Assembly: GCA_002869165.1 (NCBI GenBank)
Contig: PKTK01000003.1
Location: 20,195-84,194 of the forward strand
Direction: 5' to 3'
DNA: 64,000 bases
From: Candidatus Parcubacteria bacterium
GTDB lineage: Bacteria; Patescibacteriota; Patescibacteriia; Patescibacteriales; UBA12075
Numbering within the stretch: position 1 is the first letter of the stretch; each line of letters starts with the position of its first letter. A model generated the notes under the pieces. That model was not told the origin of the DNA. It did no database searches and worked only from the letters and a program-made list of their open reading frames with translations. Both the position numbers and the translations under genes were made by a program. Below are positions 56,015 through 64,000 of this stretch, piece by piece.

Positions 56015-56044
56015 TTGAAATAAAAAGAATAAATATGTTACAAT
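56015..56044 (+). promoter_or_regulatory. Promoter of the glycan-modification cluster
   Basis: TTGAAA (56015-56020), an 18-nt spacer, then TGtTACAAT (-10 at 56039-56044). Confidence 0.5.
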
Positions 56045-56059
56045 ATAGTGGTAATTAAA

Positions 56060-56113
56060 AAAATTACGTAATCAGTTACGTAATTTTTATTTATCTCGTA
56101 TTAATTGCGAGAT
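56060..56113 (+). promoter_or_regulatory. Leader with a terminator-like hairpin made of two TTACGTAA palindromes, then a second hairpin
   Basis: AAAATTACGTAA-TCAG-TTACGTAATTTT forms a perfect 12-bp stem plus U-run at 56060-56088. ATCTCG...CGAGAT lies at 56093-56113. Confidence 0.5.
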
Positions 56114-56133
56114 TTAGCTTAGATTGAATAAAT

Positions 56134-57237
56134 ATGTCGAATATTCAATATGATGAGCAGGGTGGAATAGTAAGTCTGGAGAATCAGCTTGAGGGTCATT
56201 GCAAATCTAGAAAAAAAGAAAAGAAACATTATAGTTTTTTGGAGAGGTTGATGATTAAGAAGAGCAGGAGACTAAATTATCTGCTTGATGGTGACGGAAA
56301 ATATAAATGCAGACAAGAAAGGCTACCCAATGTCATTAGAATAGGGCCGACCAATAGATGTACTGCGCAATGTTTTTATTGCCCTAGAGAACATATTCAT
56401 GAAGCAGGGAGCGGGTATATGGATTTTGAAATGTATGAAGAGATTGTGACTTGGGCAGAAAAGAACAAGGTCAAAGCTATTTCATTTGCTCTTTTTGGAG
56501 AGCCACTCCTTCATCCAAGGTTTTTTGAGATGCTTGAGCTGGCTCGAGAAAAAGGCATGGCTTTGCGGGTATCTAGTAACGCCATTATTATGGACAAGGA
56601 AAAAGCCAATAAGTTATTGGACATGAATCTGGAAGCAATGGAAATGAGTTTAGATGGATACGTGAGTCATGAGTTTAGAGAAGGGAAGCGAGTTGATAAG
56701 CATGAGAGAGTTAAAGAAAATATTGAATATTTACTTAGTGAAGCCAAGAAGAGAAAGTCTAAAACAGTATTTAATGTTCATTTTGTTGATGCCGGGAATG
56801 TCAGTAAGAAAAATAAAAAGAGGTTTGTTAAATATTGGAGCGAGAAATTAAATGGCCTTGAACATATTACAAGTTTTTATTATGAACCGCATAATTGGGC
56901 AGGGACTAGAGCTGATGTTGGCGCAAAAATAAATTGGCTGGATAAATTACTTAAAAAATTTGAATTAAAAAAACCCTGTGTTTATATAAAAGGAATAAAT
57001 ATCGACTGGAATGGCAATGTGGTTATTTGTACAAATGATCCGACCAAAGAAGCCGTGATTGGTAATATCAAGCAGGCCAAATTGGAAGATATCTATAACG
57101 GAGAGACAAGAATGAAATATCTGAGTGCTCATGAAACAGGTAATTTTAGGGAGCTGAATTGTCGGAAATGTAATGTTAATAGCTACTGGCCTTTGCTATT
57201 TATTAAGAAAAGAATAGTAAATTATTTTAGTAAATAA
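56134..57237 (+). CDS. Radical SAM enzyme with a SPASM/twitch-like C-terminal Cys cluster
   Basis: CTAQCFYC is the CxxxCxxC motif. Further cysteines occur in the C-terminal region (KPCVYIKG...VICTN...CRKCN). Confidence 0.8.
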   Translation: MSNIQYDEQGGIVSLENQLEGHCKSRKKEKKHYSFLERLMIKKSRRLNYLLDGDGKYKCRQERLPNVIRIGPTNRCTAQCFYCPREHIHEAGSGYMDFEMYEEIVTWAEKNKVKAISFALFGEPLLHPRFFEMLELAREKGMALRVSSNAIIMDKEKANKLLDMNLEAMEMSLDGYVSHEFREGKRVDKHERVKENIEYLLSEAKKRKSKTVFNVHFVDAGNVSKKNKKRFVKYWSEKLNGLEHITSFYYEPHNWAGTRADVGAKINWLDKLLKKFELKKPCVYIKGINIDWNGNVVICTNDPTKEAVIGNIKQAKLEDIYNGETRMKYLSAHETGNFRELNCRKCNVNSYWPLLFIKKRIVNYFSK

Positions 57238-57270
57238 CACTTGTTTCATCTCAAATGAAACTACCTTTTT

Positions 57271-57386
57271 GTCATCCCCAGCGAGCGAAGTAGCCTGTCC
57301 GCCTCGGGAGGAAGGGAAGGGGATCTTGCCAATAGTAAGATTGACGAGATTACCTTCCCCTCCGTTTCACTCCGGCCGGGAATGAC
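57271..57386. repeat. 116-bp G+C-rich inverted-repeat element
   Basis: GTCATCCCCAGCGAGCGAAG...GGAAGGGAAGGGGA...TTCCCCTCC...CCGGGAATGAC. It shares GAGCGAAG and GGGAAGGGG words with the ligA insert. Confidence 0.75.
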
Positions 57387-57415
57387 AAATAATATGTAGT
57401 ATTAGGATTTTATAT

Positions 57416-58570
57416 ATGAAATTATTAATAGTAACCCAAAAAGTTGATATAGATGATGATGTTTTAGGTTTTTTTCATGACTGGATAGCTGAGTTTGCCA
57501 AGCATTGCGAGAAGGTAACTGTTATTTGTCTGGAAAAAGGGAACTACGATTTACCTTCTAATGTAGTAGTTAAGAGCCTGGGGAAAGAATCATATAAATC
57601 TCCCCTTGAGAGGAGCACCCCAGATTCCTCCTATAATTCTCCCCTTTCCAAGGGGAGTACCCCGGAGGGAGGAGGGGTTCAAAGCCCAAGCAAAATTATC
57701 CAACGTCTAAAATATCTATCTCGCTACTACAAACTAATCTGGAAATATCGAAAAGAATATGATCAGGTGTTCGTCCACATGGTCCCAATGTATGTAAATA
57801 TCGGCTGGCCGGTTTGGAGAATCTTGAGAAAACGAATAGATCTTTGGTACACTCATGGGTCAGTAGATTTTAATCTGCGTTTAGCTGAAAAATTAGTTAA
57901 AAATATTTTTACAGCCACTAAAGAAAGCTGTCGTCTGGTGAGTAAAAAGATTATTGTTGTTGGTCATGGAATTGATTGTTTAAAATTTATCCCTAAAGAA
58001 AAACCGCAAAATGGTATTTTAAACATCATATTGATCGGTAGAATTTCTCCAGTTAAAAAATACGAAGATATAATATTGGCAGCAGGGCTGTTGAGAAAAA
58101 AATCTATAAATAATTTTCAAGTTTCTATTATTGGAAAGGCTATTAAGGAAGAAGACGAAAGGTATCTTGATAGTTTGAAAAACAAAGTTGCTGAACTTGA
58201 TTTAAATGAATGTGTTAATTTTGTTGGAAGTGTGTCATTTGAAGAAATCCAAAAATATTATCAAGATTGTGATTTGTTCGTTCATACAAGTCAAACAGGA
58301 AGCTTGGATAAGGTGCTACTAGAAGCAATGGCAATGTCTAGAATTACTATATCAAGCAATCCGGCTAGCAAAGATATCTTGAGTGAGTTTGGTCAGGAGT
58401 ATATTTATAAAAGTGGAGATATTAACGAATTAGCAGAAAAAATAATAGCTGTATTGAATATGAAAACAGAGAAGAGGAATGAAGTAGGAAGTAAATTGCG
58501 CGAAATTATAAAAAGAGACCATAACATGGAAGGATTACTTGAAAAAATTTCAAATATTATAAAAAAGTAA
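57416..58570 (+). CDS. Glycosyltransferase (GT-B, family 1/4-like)
   Basis: C-terminal GT1 pattern (ISPVKKYEDII...FVHTSQTGSLDKVLLEAMAM). Contains a G+C-rich in-frame insert. Confidence 0.8.
   Translation: MKLLIVTQKVDIDDDVLGFFHDWIAEFAKHCEKVTVICLEKGNYDLPSNVVVKSLGKESYKSPLERSTPDSSYNSPLSKGSTPEGGGVQSPSKIIQRLKYLSRYYKLIWKYRKEYDQVFVHMVPMYVNIGWPVWRILRKRIDLWYTHGSVDFNLRLAEKLVKNIFTATKESCRLVSKKIIVVGHGIDCLKFIPKEKPQNGILNIILIGRISPVKKYEDIILAAGLLRKKSINNFQVSIIGKAIKEEDERYLDSLKNKVAELDLNECVNFVGSVSFEEIQKYYQDCDLFVHTSQTGSLDKVLLEAMAMSRITISSNPASKDILSEFGQEYIYKSGDINELAEKIIAVLNMKTEKRNEVGSKLREIIKRDHNMEGLLEKISNIIKK
57598..57685 (+). repeat. G+C-rich palindromic element inserted in frame within the glycosyltransferase gene
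   Basis: Encodes about SPLERSTPDSSYNSPLSKGSTPEGGGVQS. The core TCTCCCCTTTCCAAGGGGAGTACC lies at 57638-57661. Confidence 0.65.
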
Positions 58571-58575
58571 TTTAA

Positions 58576-59313
58576 ATGAGATTAATTTCAAAAAGAAAAA
58601 TAAAATTATATTTATATTATATAAAAAATTGTTGGAAATTAATTTTTCCTTTACGATGTAGAGAAACCATAGTGGTTTTGGGGATGCACCGTTCAGGTAC
58701 CTCTGTGGTAGCAGGACTTCTTGATGCTGCTGGAGTGAGCATGGGAAAATTTAAACAGCGAGCCAGTAAGTATAATAAAAAAGGATATTACGAAAATATA
58801 TTGTTTCAAAAATTAAACATTGAAGTTTTGATCAGATCAAGAAGGTCATCTGAGTCTAGGCTACCTGATTTCGAAAAACTTGAAAAAGAAAAAAAGAAAT
58901 ATCGTAAAAAGGCAAAGAATTTAGTACGCATTGAACAAGAGGCAAGTTGGGGCTGGAAAGATCCTAGAACAAGTTTGTTAATGGATATGTATTATCGGTT
59001 TTTAGTAAATACTAAAATAGTTATTTGTAACAGAGATTCAGATGATGTAGCGAGGTCATTGTCTCGACGGGAAAATATGTCTCAAAAGCAAGCAAGAGAA
59101 ATTTGTGATTTTTATAAAAACGAAATTAATAAAATAAAAAAGAAATATAAATGTCCAATGCTTGAAATTAATTTTGATGATCATAAAAAAGATAAAGATG
59201 GTGTTGTTGATTCAATAATAGATTTTATTGATATAAGTGTTGACGAAACTAGTCGTGATAATATGATTAATTTTTTTGATCAGAAATTAGTCACATCATC
59301 AAGAAGGAATTAA
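58576..59313 (+). CDS. Sulfotransferase family protein
   Basis: 5'-PSB-type loop GMHRSGTSVVAG, with RD..DV..S later in the sequence. Confidence 0.7.
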   Translation: MRLISKRKIKLYLYYIKNCWKLIFPLRCRETIVVLGMHRSGTSVVAGLLDAAGVSMGKFKQRASKYNKKGYYENILFQKLNIEVLIRSRRSSESRLPDFEKLEKEKKKYRKKAKNLVRIEQEASWGWKDPRTSLLMDMYYRFLVNTKIVICNRDSDDVARSLSRRENMSQKQAREICDFYKNEINKIKKKYKCPMLEINFDDHKKDKDGVVDSIIDFIDISVDETSRDNMINFFDQKLVTSSRRN

Positions 59314-59314
59314 T

Positions 59315-60373
59315 ATGACTATTTGTTTTTTTGGTACATATAGCCCAGTCTACAACAGGAATGTGGTCTTGCTCAAAGGCTTAAGGAAGAACGGTGTAAA
59401 GGTAATTGAGTGCAGAACCGATAAGACCGGAATAGGGAGATATGTTGATCTTTTTAAAAAGCATTTAAAAATTCGTAAGGACTACGATTTGATGGTGGTT
59501 GCTTTTGGTGGATGGTATGTTTTACCACTCGCCAGGATTTTAACAAGAAAAAAAATAATTTTTGATGCATTTTTTTCAATTTATGATTCAAAGGTTTTTG
59601 ATAAACAGACAGTACAGAAAGGAAGACTGAAAGCCGGATTTTATTATCTAGTTGATTGGCTTGATTGCAGGCTAGCGGATATTATTTTATTGGACACAAA
59701 TCAGCATCTTAATTTTTATATCAAAACTTTCAATGTAAATAAAAATAAGTTACTAAAAGTTTTGGTTGGAGCTGATGAAGATGTTTTTTATCCCGCAGAG
59801 AATAAAGATAACAGAAAATTCGAGGTTGTGTTTTATGGAACTCTGATTCCGCTTCAAGGAGTAGAATATATCGTAGAAGCAGCTAAGTTGCTTGAGAATG
59901 AGGAGGATATAAATATTAAGCTAATTGGCTATAAAGACAGGCCTTATGCCAATAATATAAAGAAAAGAATAGAGGATTTAAAATTATCTAATTTAAAACT
60001 ACTTGGCAGATTGTCAGAAAATGATGTGGCAAAAGAAATAAGAAACGCTGATCTTTGCTTGGGAATATTTGGTGATAACGAAAAAGCAAATAGAGTGATA
60101 CCTAACAAAATTTATCATTCAATAGCCAGCAAAGTTCCGGTAGTAAGTGGAAAGACAGAGGCAATAAGAGAACTGTTTACAGATAACAAGAACATTCTTT
60201 TATGTAATAGAGCAGATTCTGAAGATTTGACCGAGAAAATTAAATATTTAAAAAACAACAAAGATATTGGGAAAGAAGTAGCTAATAATGCTTATGATTT
60301 ATACATGGAAAAATGTAGACCAGAAAATATTGTAAAAAAAATGTTAAATGAAATAAATGAAAATTTCAAATAA
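59315..60373 (+). CDS. Glycosyltransferase (GT-B, family 1-like)
   Basis: FYGTLIPLQGVEYIVEAA...IPNKIYHSIASKVPVVSG is the GT1 C-terminal pattern. Confidence 0.7.
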   Translation: MTICFFGTYSPVYNRNVVLLKGLRKNGVKVIECRTDKTGIGRYVDLFKKHLKIRKDYDLMVVAFGGWYVLPLARILTRKKIIFDAFFSIYDSKVFDKQTVQKGRLKAGFYYLVDWLDCRLADIILLDTNQHLNFYIKTFNVNKNKLLKVLVGADEDVFYPAENKDNRKFEVVFYGTLIPLQGVEYIVEAAKLLENEEDINIKLIGYKDRPYANNIKKRIEDLKLSNLKLLGRLSENDVAKEIRNADLCLGIFGDNEKANRVIPNKIYHSIASKVPVVSGKTEAIRELFTDNKNILLCNRADSEDLTEKIKYLKNNKDIGKEVANNAYDLYMEKCRPENIVKKMLNEINENFK

Positions 60374-61289
60374 AAAATTAATTTTTATTGTAGGTAGTGG
60401 AAGATCTGGAACGACTTTGCTTAGAAATATTTTTATATTGCATCCAGAAACAGGAGTAGTGCCAGAACTTAAGTTTTTCAGCATGTTTTGGAATCAAAGA
60501 AAAAAGTATGGAAGTTTCGTGGCTAACAAAGAAAAAATTGCTATTCGCTTGATTAGAATTATTCAAGCCAAGGCAACTGACCCATTGCACAAAGAAATCT
60601 CCTATGACGAGGATAAGTTAAAAAAAGATCTTTTAGCATCTAATAGCTACAAAGAGATGATGCTTGTTCTTGGTCAGACTGTAAACACAGATCCGGAAAA
60701 AGAGATAATTGTTTTCAAAACTCCTTCTGATGTGTATCATTTGGCCAAGATATTTGAATGGTTTCCCGATGCTCTAGTGATTAATGTTTTGCGAGATGGT
60801 AGAGAGGTTTGTGCATCAGCCAGAGGTCGGGGCTGGGGTAAAAATATATTTGATTTGGCCCTTAAGTGGAATGAACCAGTTGAAGTTTTTGATATTTTTT
60901 ACAAGCGAAACAAAAAGCATCAAAAGCAAATATTAAATTTAAAATTTGAAAATCTTATTAATAAAACTGAAGAGACATTAACAGAGATTTTTGAATTTGT
61001 TGGCGTATCTTTTCCTGATGACATGTTGCAAAAACTTAAAACCTTGTCCTCAAACAGCTCTTTTGATAGAGATAAAAAGTCAGGCATTTATGAAAGTAAA
61101 AATTTCGATAGAGTTTTTAATGATAATGAAAAGAAAACACTGAAAGGCTTGTTATATAAAAACTTACTAAATCACAGTTATGATGCTAATAAGGAGGGTT
61201 TAGGTATCGGTGAAAGGATGATTTATCTTTATCATCGTCAAAGAAAGCGTTTTATCAGATGTTTAAATAATCTAGGAATAAATATATAG
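60357..61289 (+). CDS. Sulfotransferase family protein
   Basis: GSGRSGTTLLRN PAPS-binding loop, followed by VLRDGREV. Confidence 0.75.
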   Translation: MKISNKKLIFIVGSGRSGTTLLRNIFILHPETGVVPELKFFSMFWNQRKKYGSFVANKEKIAIRLIRIIQAKATDPLHKEISYDEDKLKKDLLASNSYKEMMLVLGQTVNTDPEKEIIVFKTPSDVYHLAKIFEWFPDALVINVLRDGREVCASARGRGWGKNIFDLALKWNEPVEVFDIFYKRNKKHQKQILNLKFENLINKTEETLTEIFEFVGVSFPDDMLQKLKTLSSNSSFDRDKKSGIYESKNFDRVFNDNEKKTLKGLLYKNLLNHSYDANKEGLGIGERMIYLYHRQRKRFIRCLNNLGINI

Positions 61290-61292
61290 AAT

Positions 61293-62015
61293 ATGGAAAA
61301 TGTTGAAGTAAAAAATAAATACAACGAAAAAATTAATAAAAACAAGAAATACGAAGAAGGTCGTTGGTTTTCCAATGACATTCAAAAGTTTAATTATGAA
61401 ACCACAAAAGATGCTGTTACTAGATTTTTAGACGGGTTTAGTAAAATTGATTGTGTTGAGCTGGGGCCAGGTCATGGCACCTGGACAGAATTTATACTTA
61501 AGCAGGACGAGAAAGCTCGAATTGACTTTGTAGATATTTCTAGTGAGATGCTGAAAATTTTAAAGGAAAGGTTTGGTGACAAACAAGGTTTAAGATTTTT
61601 TGAAAGTGATTTTTTGAAATATAAAAGTGACAAGAAGTATTCAGTATTTTTTTCTTCAAGAGCGATTGAGTATATCAACGATAGAGAAGGTATGGCCGCA
61701 ATGATTTCTGAGCTTATGGATGAAGGTGGACTCGGTTTTGTTATTACCAAAACCCCTCATTATTTAAGAATTAAAATTCTCGGTAAAAAGATCAGCGATT
61801 TTCATAAGGGGCAATTGACACCTCAAGAATTAAAGCGATTGCTAGGTGATAAGGGGCTACAGATTGAATATATTCATCCGGTAACATTTTCTTGGCCGTT
61901 TTGGAAATCTGTAAAAATGAATCAATTATTGTTTAAGATATTCGGTGGCAAAGAAATAAATTGCGTTAGTCAATTTTTTTCTGAGAGTTATGCTGTTAAA
62001 TTTTCAAAAAAATGA
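61293..62015 (+). CDS. Class I SAM-dependent methyltransferase
   Basis: VELGPGHGTWT is motif I. The stop TGA overlaps the next start. Confidence 0.7.
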   Translation: MENVEVKNKYNEKINKNKKYEEGRWFSNDIQKFNYETTKDAVTRFLDGFSKIDCVELGPGHGTWTEFILKQDEKARIDFVDISSEMLKILKERFGDKQGLRFFESDFLKYKSDKKYSVFFSSRAIEYINDREGMAAMISELMDEGGLGFVITKTPHYLRIKILGKKISDFHKGQLTPQELKRLLGDKGLQIEYIHPVTFSWPFWKSVKMNQLLFKIFGGKEINCVSQFFSESYAVKFSKK

Positions 62016-62626
62016 TTATTGAGTTTTTTGGTTTGCCTGGGAGCGGCAAATCAAGCATTGCCAGAAAGGTGAGTGAAAATAGTGAATTCAAACTAATAAA
62101 AATAAGATCAAGGACAGAGCTTATAAAGTTTAATATTTTATTTTTTATAAAAAATCCTTATAAGTTTATATGGTTGTTTTTATTAATAGTTAAGAATTCC
62201 TCAGGGCTTTTTGATTTCTACTATAAGTTCATGAATAGTTTTCTTGATTATAATGCAAAGTTAGAAAAAGCAAGTCGCGAAGAATATGCCATAATTGACC
62301 AAGGATATTTTCAGAATGTTTTAGCAGTTTATAAACGAGAGATAGATAAAAGCGTGTTGCGTCAGTATTTAAAAGAAATAAAAAAACCAGATTTTTTGAT
62401 AATTGTTGATTTGGACAAAAAGAAAAGGCAAGAAAGAATCATTGAAAGAGGACACGGAGTTAAAAATGTGTATAGCGATAAGGAAAGCGACAGGTGGACA
62501 GAGCGAGCAGAAAAGAGCTATCAATTTTTTAAAGAAAACATAAAAGATTTATATTCAAATTATTTAATAATTGATTCTAGTGATAGCATAGAAGACACCA
62601 GTAAAAAAATAATTGATTTAATATGA
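62012..62626 (+). CDS. P-loop NTPase/kinase-like protein
   Basis: Walker A GLPGSGKSS. No further assignment is possible. Confidence 0.55.
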   Translation: MIIEFFGLPGSGKSSIARKVSENSEFKLIKIRSRTELIKFNILFFIKNPYKFIWLFLLIVKNSSGLFDFYYKFMNSFLDYNAKLEKASREEYAIIDQGYFQNVLAVYKREIDKSVLRQYLKEIKKPDFLIIVDLDKKKRQERIIERGHGVKNVYSDKESDRWTERAEKSYQFFKENIKDLYSNYLIIDSSDSIEDTSKKIIDLI

Positions 62627-63459
62627 GGAATAAGAAATTACCATACAGATTTCATATAGGCACACAGAAAGCGGGAAGTACATATTTATATAATTTATTA
62701 TTGAAACATCCAGATGTGGGTCTATCAGAAATGACGGAAGTTAATTTTTTTTCAAGAGAATTTGAAAAAGGTTATGATTATTATTCAGAACTTTTTCCTC
62801 AGGGTGAGGCAATAGATATGACGCCTAAATATTTTATGCTTGGCGGAACTGTAGCGCCGAGAATAAAAAAATATGCAGATGAATTTCTAGAAAAAGCCCC
62901 TAAGTTTTTATTGATACTTAGAAATCCAATTGATTACTTGAATTCACATTTCGAAATGCAAAAGATACAGATTTCTGAAATGCCAGAAGTTGAAAATTTG
63001 CTTGACTATGTAAAGAAAAATCCTGGTTATTTAAAAAGGGCCAAGTACTACGAAATTTTAACAAGTTCATGGCTTAAATATTTTGATAAGAGCCAATTCA
63101 GGATAATTGAATTCAGTGATTTTGTAAAAAATAAAGATGAGAGGCTAAATGAGATATTAGATTTTTGGAATCTTAAGCAAGTACATCTGGAAGCTAATAG
63201 TGTTAGTGAAAATAGATTGTTGAAATATTCATGTTTACACAAAGTAAGAGGATTTATTAATGAAAGTGTTTTTTTGAAAAAATTTTTGAAAAAGAATCGG
63301 GTTTTTGGAGTAGTTTATAAAAAATGGCTTACTAAAAAGTCAAAGAACATTTTAAGTCCAGAAGAGAGACTCCAATTGAGAGAAATGCTTAAGAACGATG
63401 TAGATAATTTGAAAAAACTTTTTAATAGAGATTTTAAATATTGGCAGGACTTTAATTAA
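62623..63459 (+). CDS. Sulfotransferase family protein
   Basis: GTQKAGSTYLYN PAPS-binding loop, followed by LRNPIDYLNSHF. Confidence 0.7.
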   Translation: MRNKKLPYRFHIGTQKAGSTYLYNLLLKHPDVGLSEMTEVNFFSREFEKGYDYYSELFPQGEAIDMTPKYFMLGGTVAPRIKKYADEFLEKAPKFLLILRNPIDYLNSHFEMQKIQISEMPEVENLLDYVKKNPGYLKRAKYYEILTSSWLKYFDKSQFRIIEFSDFVKNKDERLNEILDFWNLKQVHLEANSVSENRLLKYSCLHKVRGFINESVFLKKFLKKNRVFGVVYKKWLTKKSKNILSPEERLQLREMLKNDVDNLKKLFNRDFKYWQDFN

Positions 63460-63460
63460 T

Positions 63461-64000
63461 ATGAAAGATAATTTTTTTGATAAAAAAATAGAAAAAATTT
63501 TTACAGAAAAGAAAGATATTCTAGATATTGGCGGAGGTCTTAGAATTGATAAGAAACGCAACAACAGATATGAGGCAAGTAGAGAGTGGGTTTTGCCTTA
63601 TCTTGAAAAGGTGAATTATAGGATCTTGGATCCAGTACCTGACTACAATCCTGATATTGTAGGAGATATTCATGACATGCCGATGGACGATAGTAGTCTT
63701 GATGCAATAACATGTATTGCAGTACTTGAGCATGTGGAGAATCCAATTTTGGCTGTGAAAGAGATGTACAGAACCTTGAAGCCGGGTGGATACTGCTTGA
63801 CCTATGTACCTTTCCTTTTTTATTATCATGCTCAAGAGGGTTATTATAAGGATTATTGGAGATTTACCAAAGATATTATCCCGGTTTTATTCAAGGATTT
63901 TTCAAGTGTTGAAATCGAAAGGGTGAGGGGAGCTTTTGAGACTTGGATAAAGCTTAGTCCATTGGGAAAGTTTGGTTTTATTAATAAAGTAGCTAAATGG
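63461..64000 (+). CDS. Class I SAM-dependent methyltransferase, 3' end beyond the window
   Basis: Open frame from the ATG at 63461 to the window edge. ILDIGGG...VGDIHDMPMDDSSLDAITCIAVLEHVENP...LKPGG matches the Methyltransf_11 type. It is absent from the ORF track because it has no stop, and the antisense ORFs 63521-63835 and 63540-63746 are rejected. Confidence 0.75.
   Translation, partial: MKDNFFDKKIEKIFTEKKDILDIGGGLRIDKKRNNRYEASREWVLPYLEKVNYRILDPVPDYNPDIVGDIHDMPMDDSSLDAITCIAVLEHVENPILAVKEMYRTLKPGGYCLTYVPFLFYYHAQEGYYKDYWRFTKDIIPVLFKDFSSVEIERVRGAFETWIKLSPLGKFGFINKVAKW

Overview
AT-rich, gene-dense bacterial window read with the standard genetic code. TGA is a genuine stop here: three gene pairs overlap as ATGA, and recG, ligA, gatA and the histidine kinase contain no in-frame TGA. 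The content fits a small-genome, CPR/Patescibacteria-like organism, but that is an inference from gene content, with no rRNA to confirm it. Present are a full type IV pilus cluster (35.2-49.7 kb), comFC, recG, ligA, gatCA, a lone fabZ, many secreted or membrane hypotheticals, and six tRNAs. The right end (56.1-64 kb) is a glycan-modification cluster with three sulfotransferases. Several layers of structure are not explained by the genes. (1) Beside tRNA-Asn, two modules share the same flanking repeats, promoter and terminators but carry different, visibly G+C-rich cargo ORFs. A fourth G+C-rich orphan lies at 2.4 kb. (2) Two four-helix-bundle (23S rRNA IVS protein / Avd-fold) genes each sit in the loop of a long inverted repeat that fills an intergenic gap inside an operon. 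ORF-less hairpins occupy analogous gaps. (3) A family of G+C-rich palindromic elements is scattered in spacers, and the same core appears inserted in frame inside ligA and a glycosyltransferase. (4) tRNA-linked duplications include a perfect 127-bp direct repeat around a GIY-YIG gene that overlaps tRNA-Ser(GGA). Two other tRNAs are followed by copies of their own 3' ends behind a shared TTGAGGGnGTG motif. (5) Five reading frames are interrupted by in-frame stop codons. All GC statements are by eye, and no database search or computation was possible.
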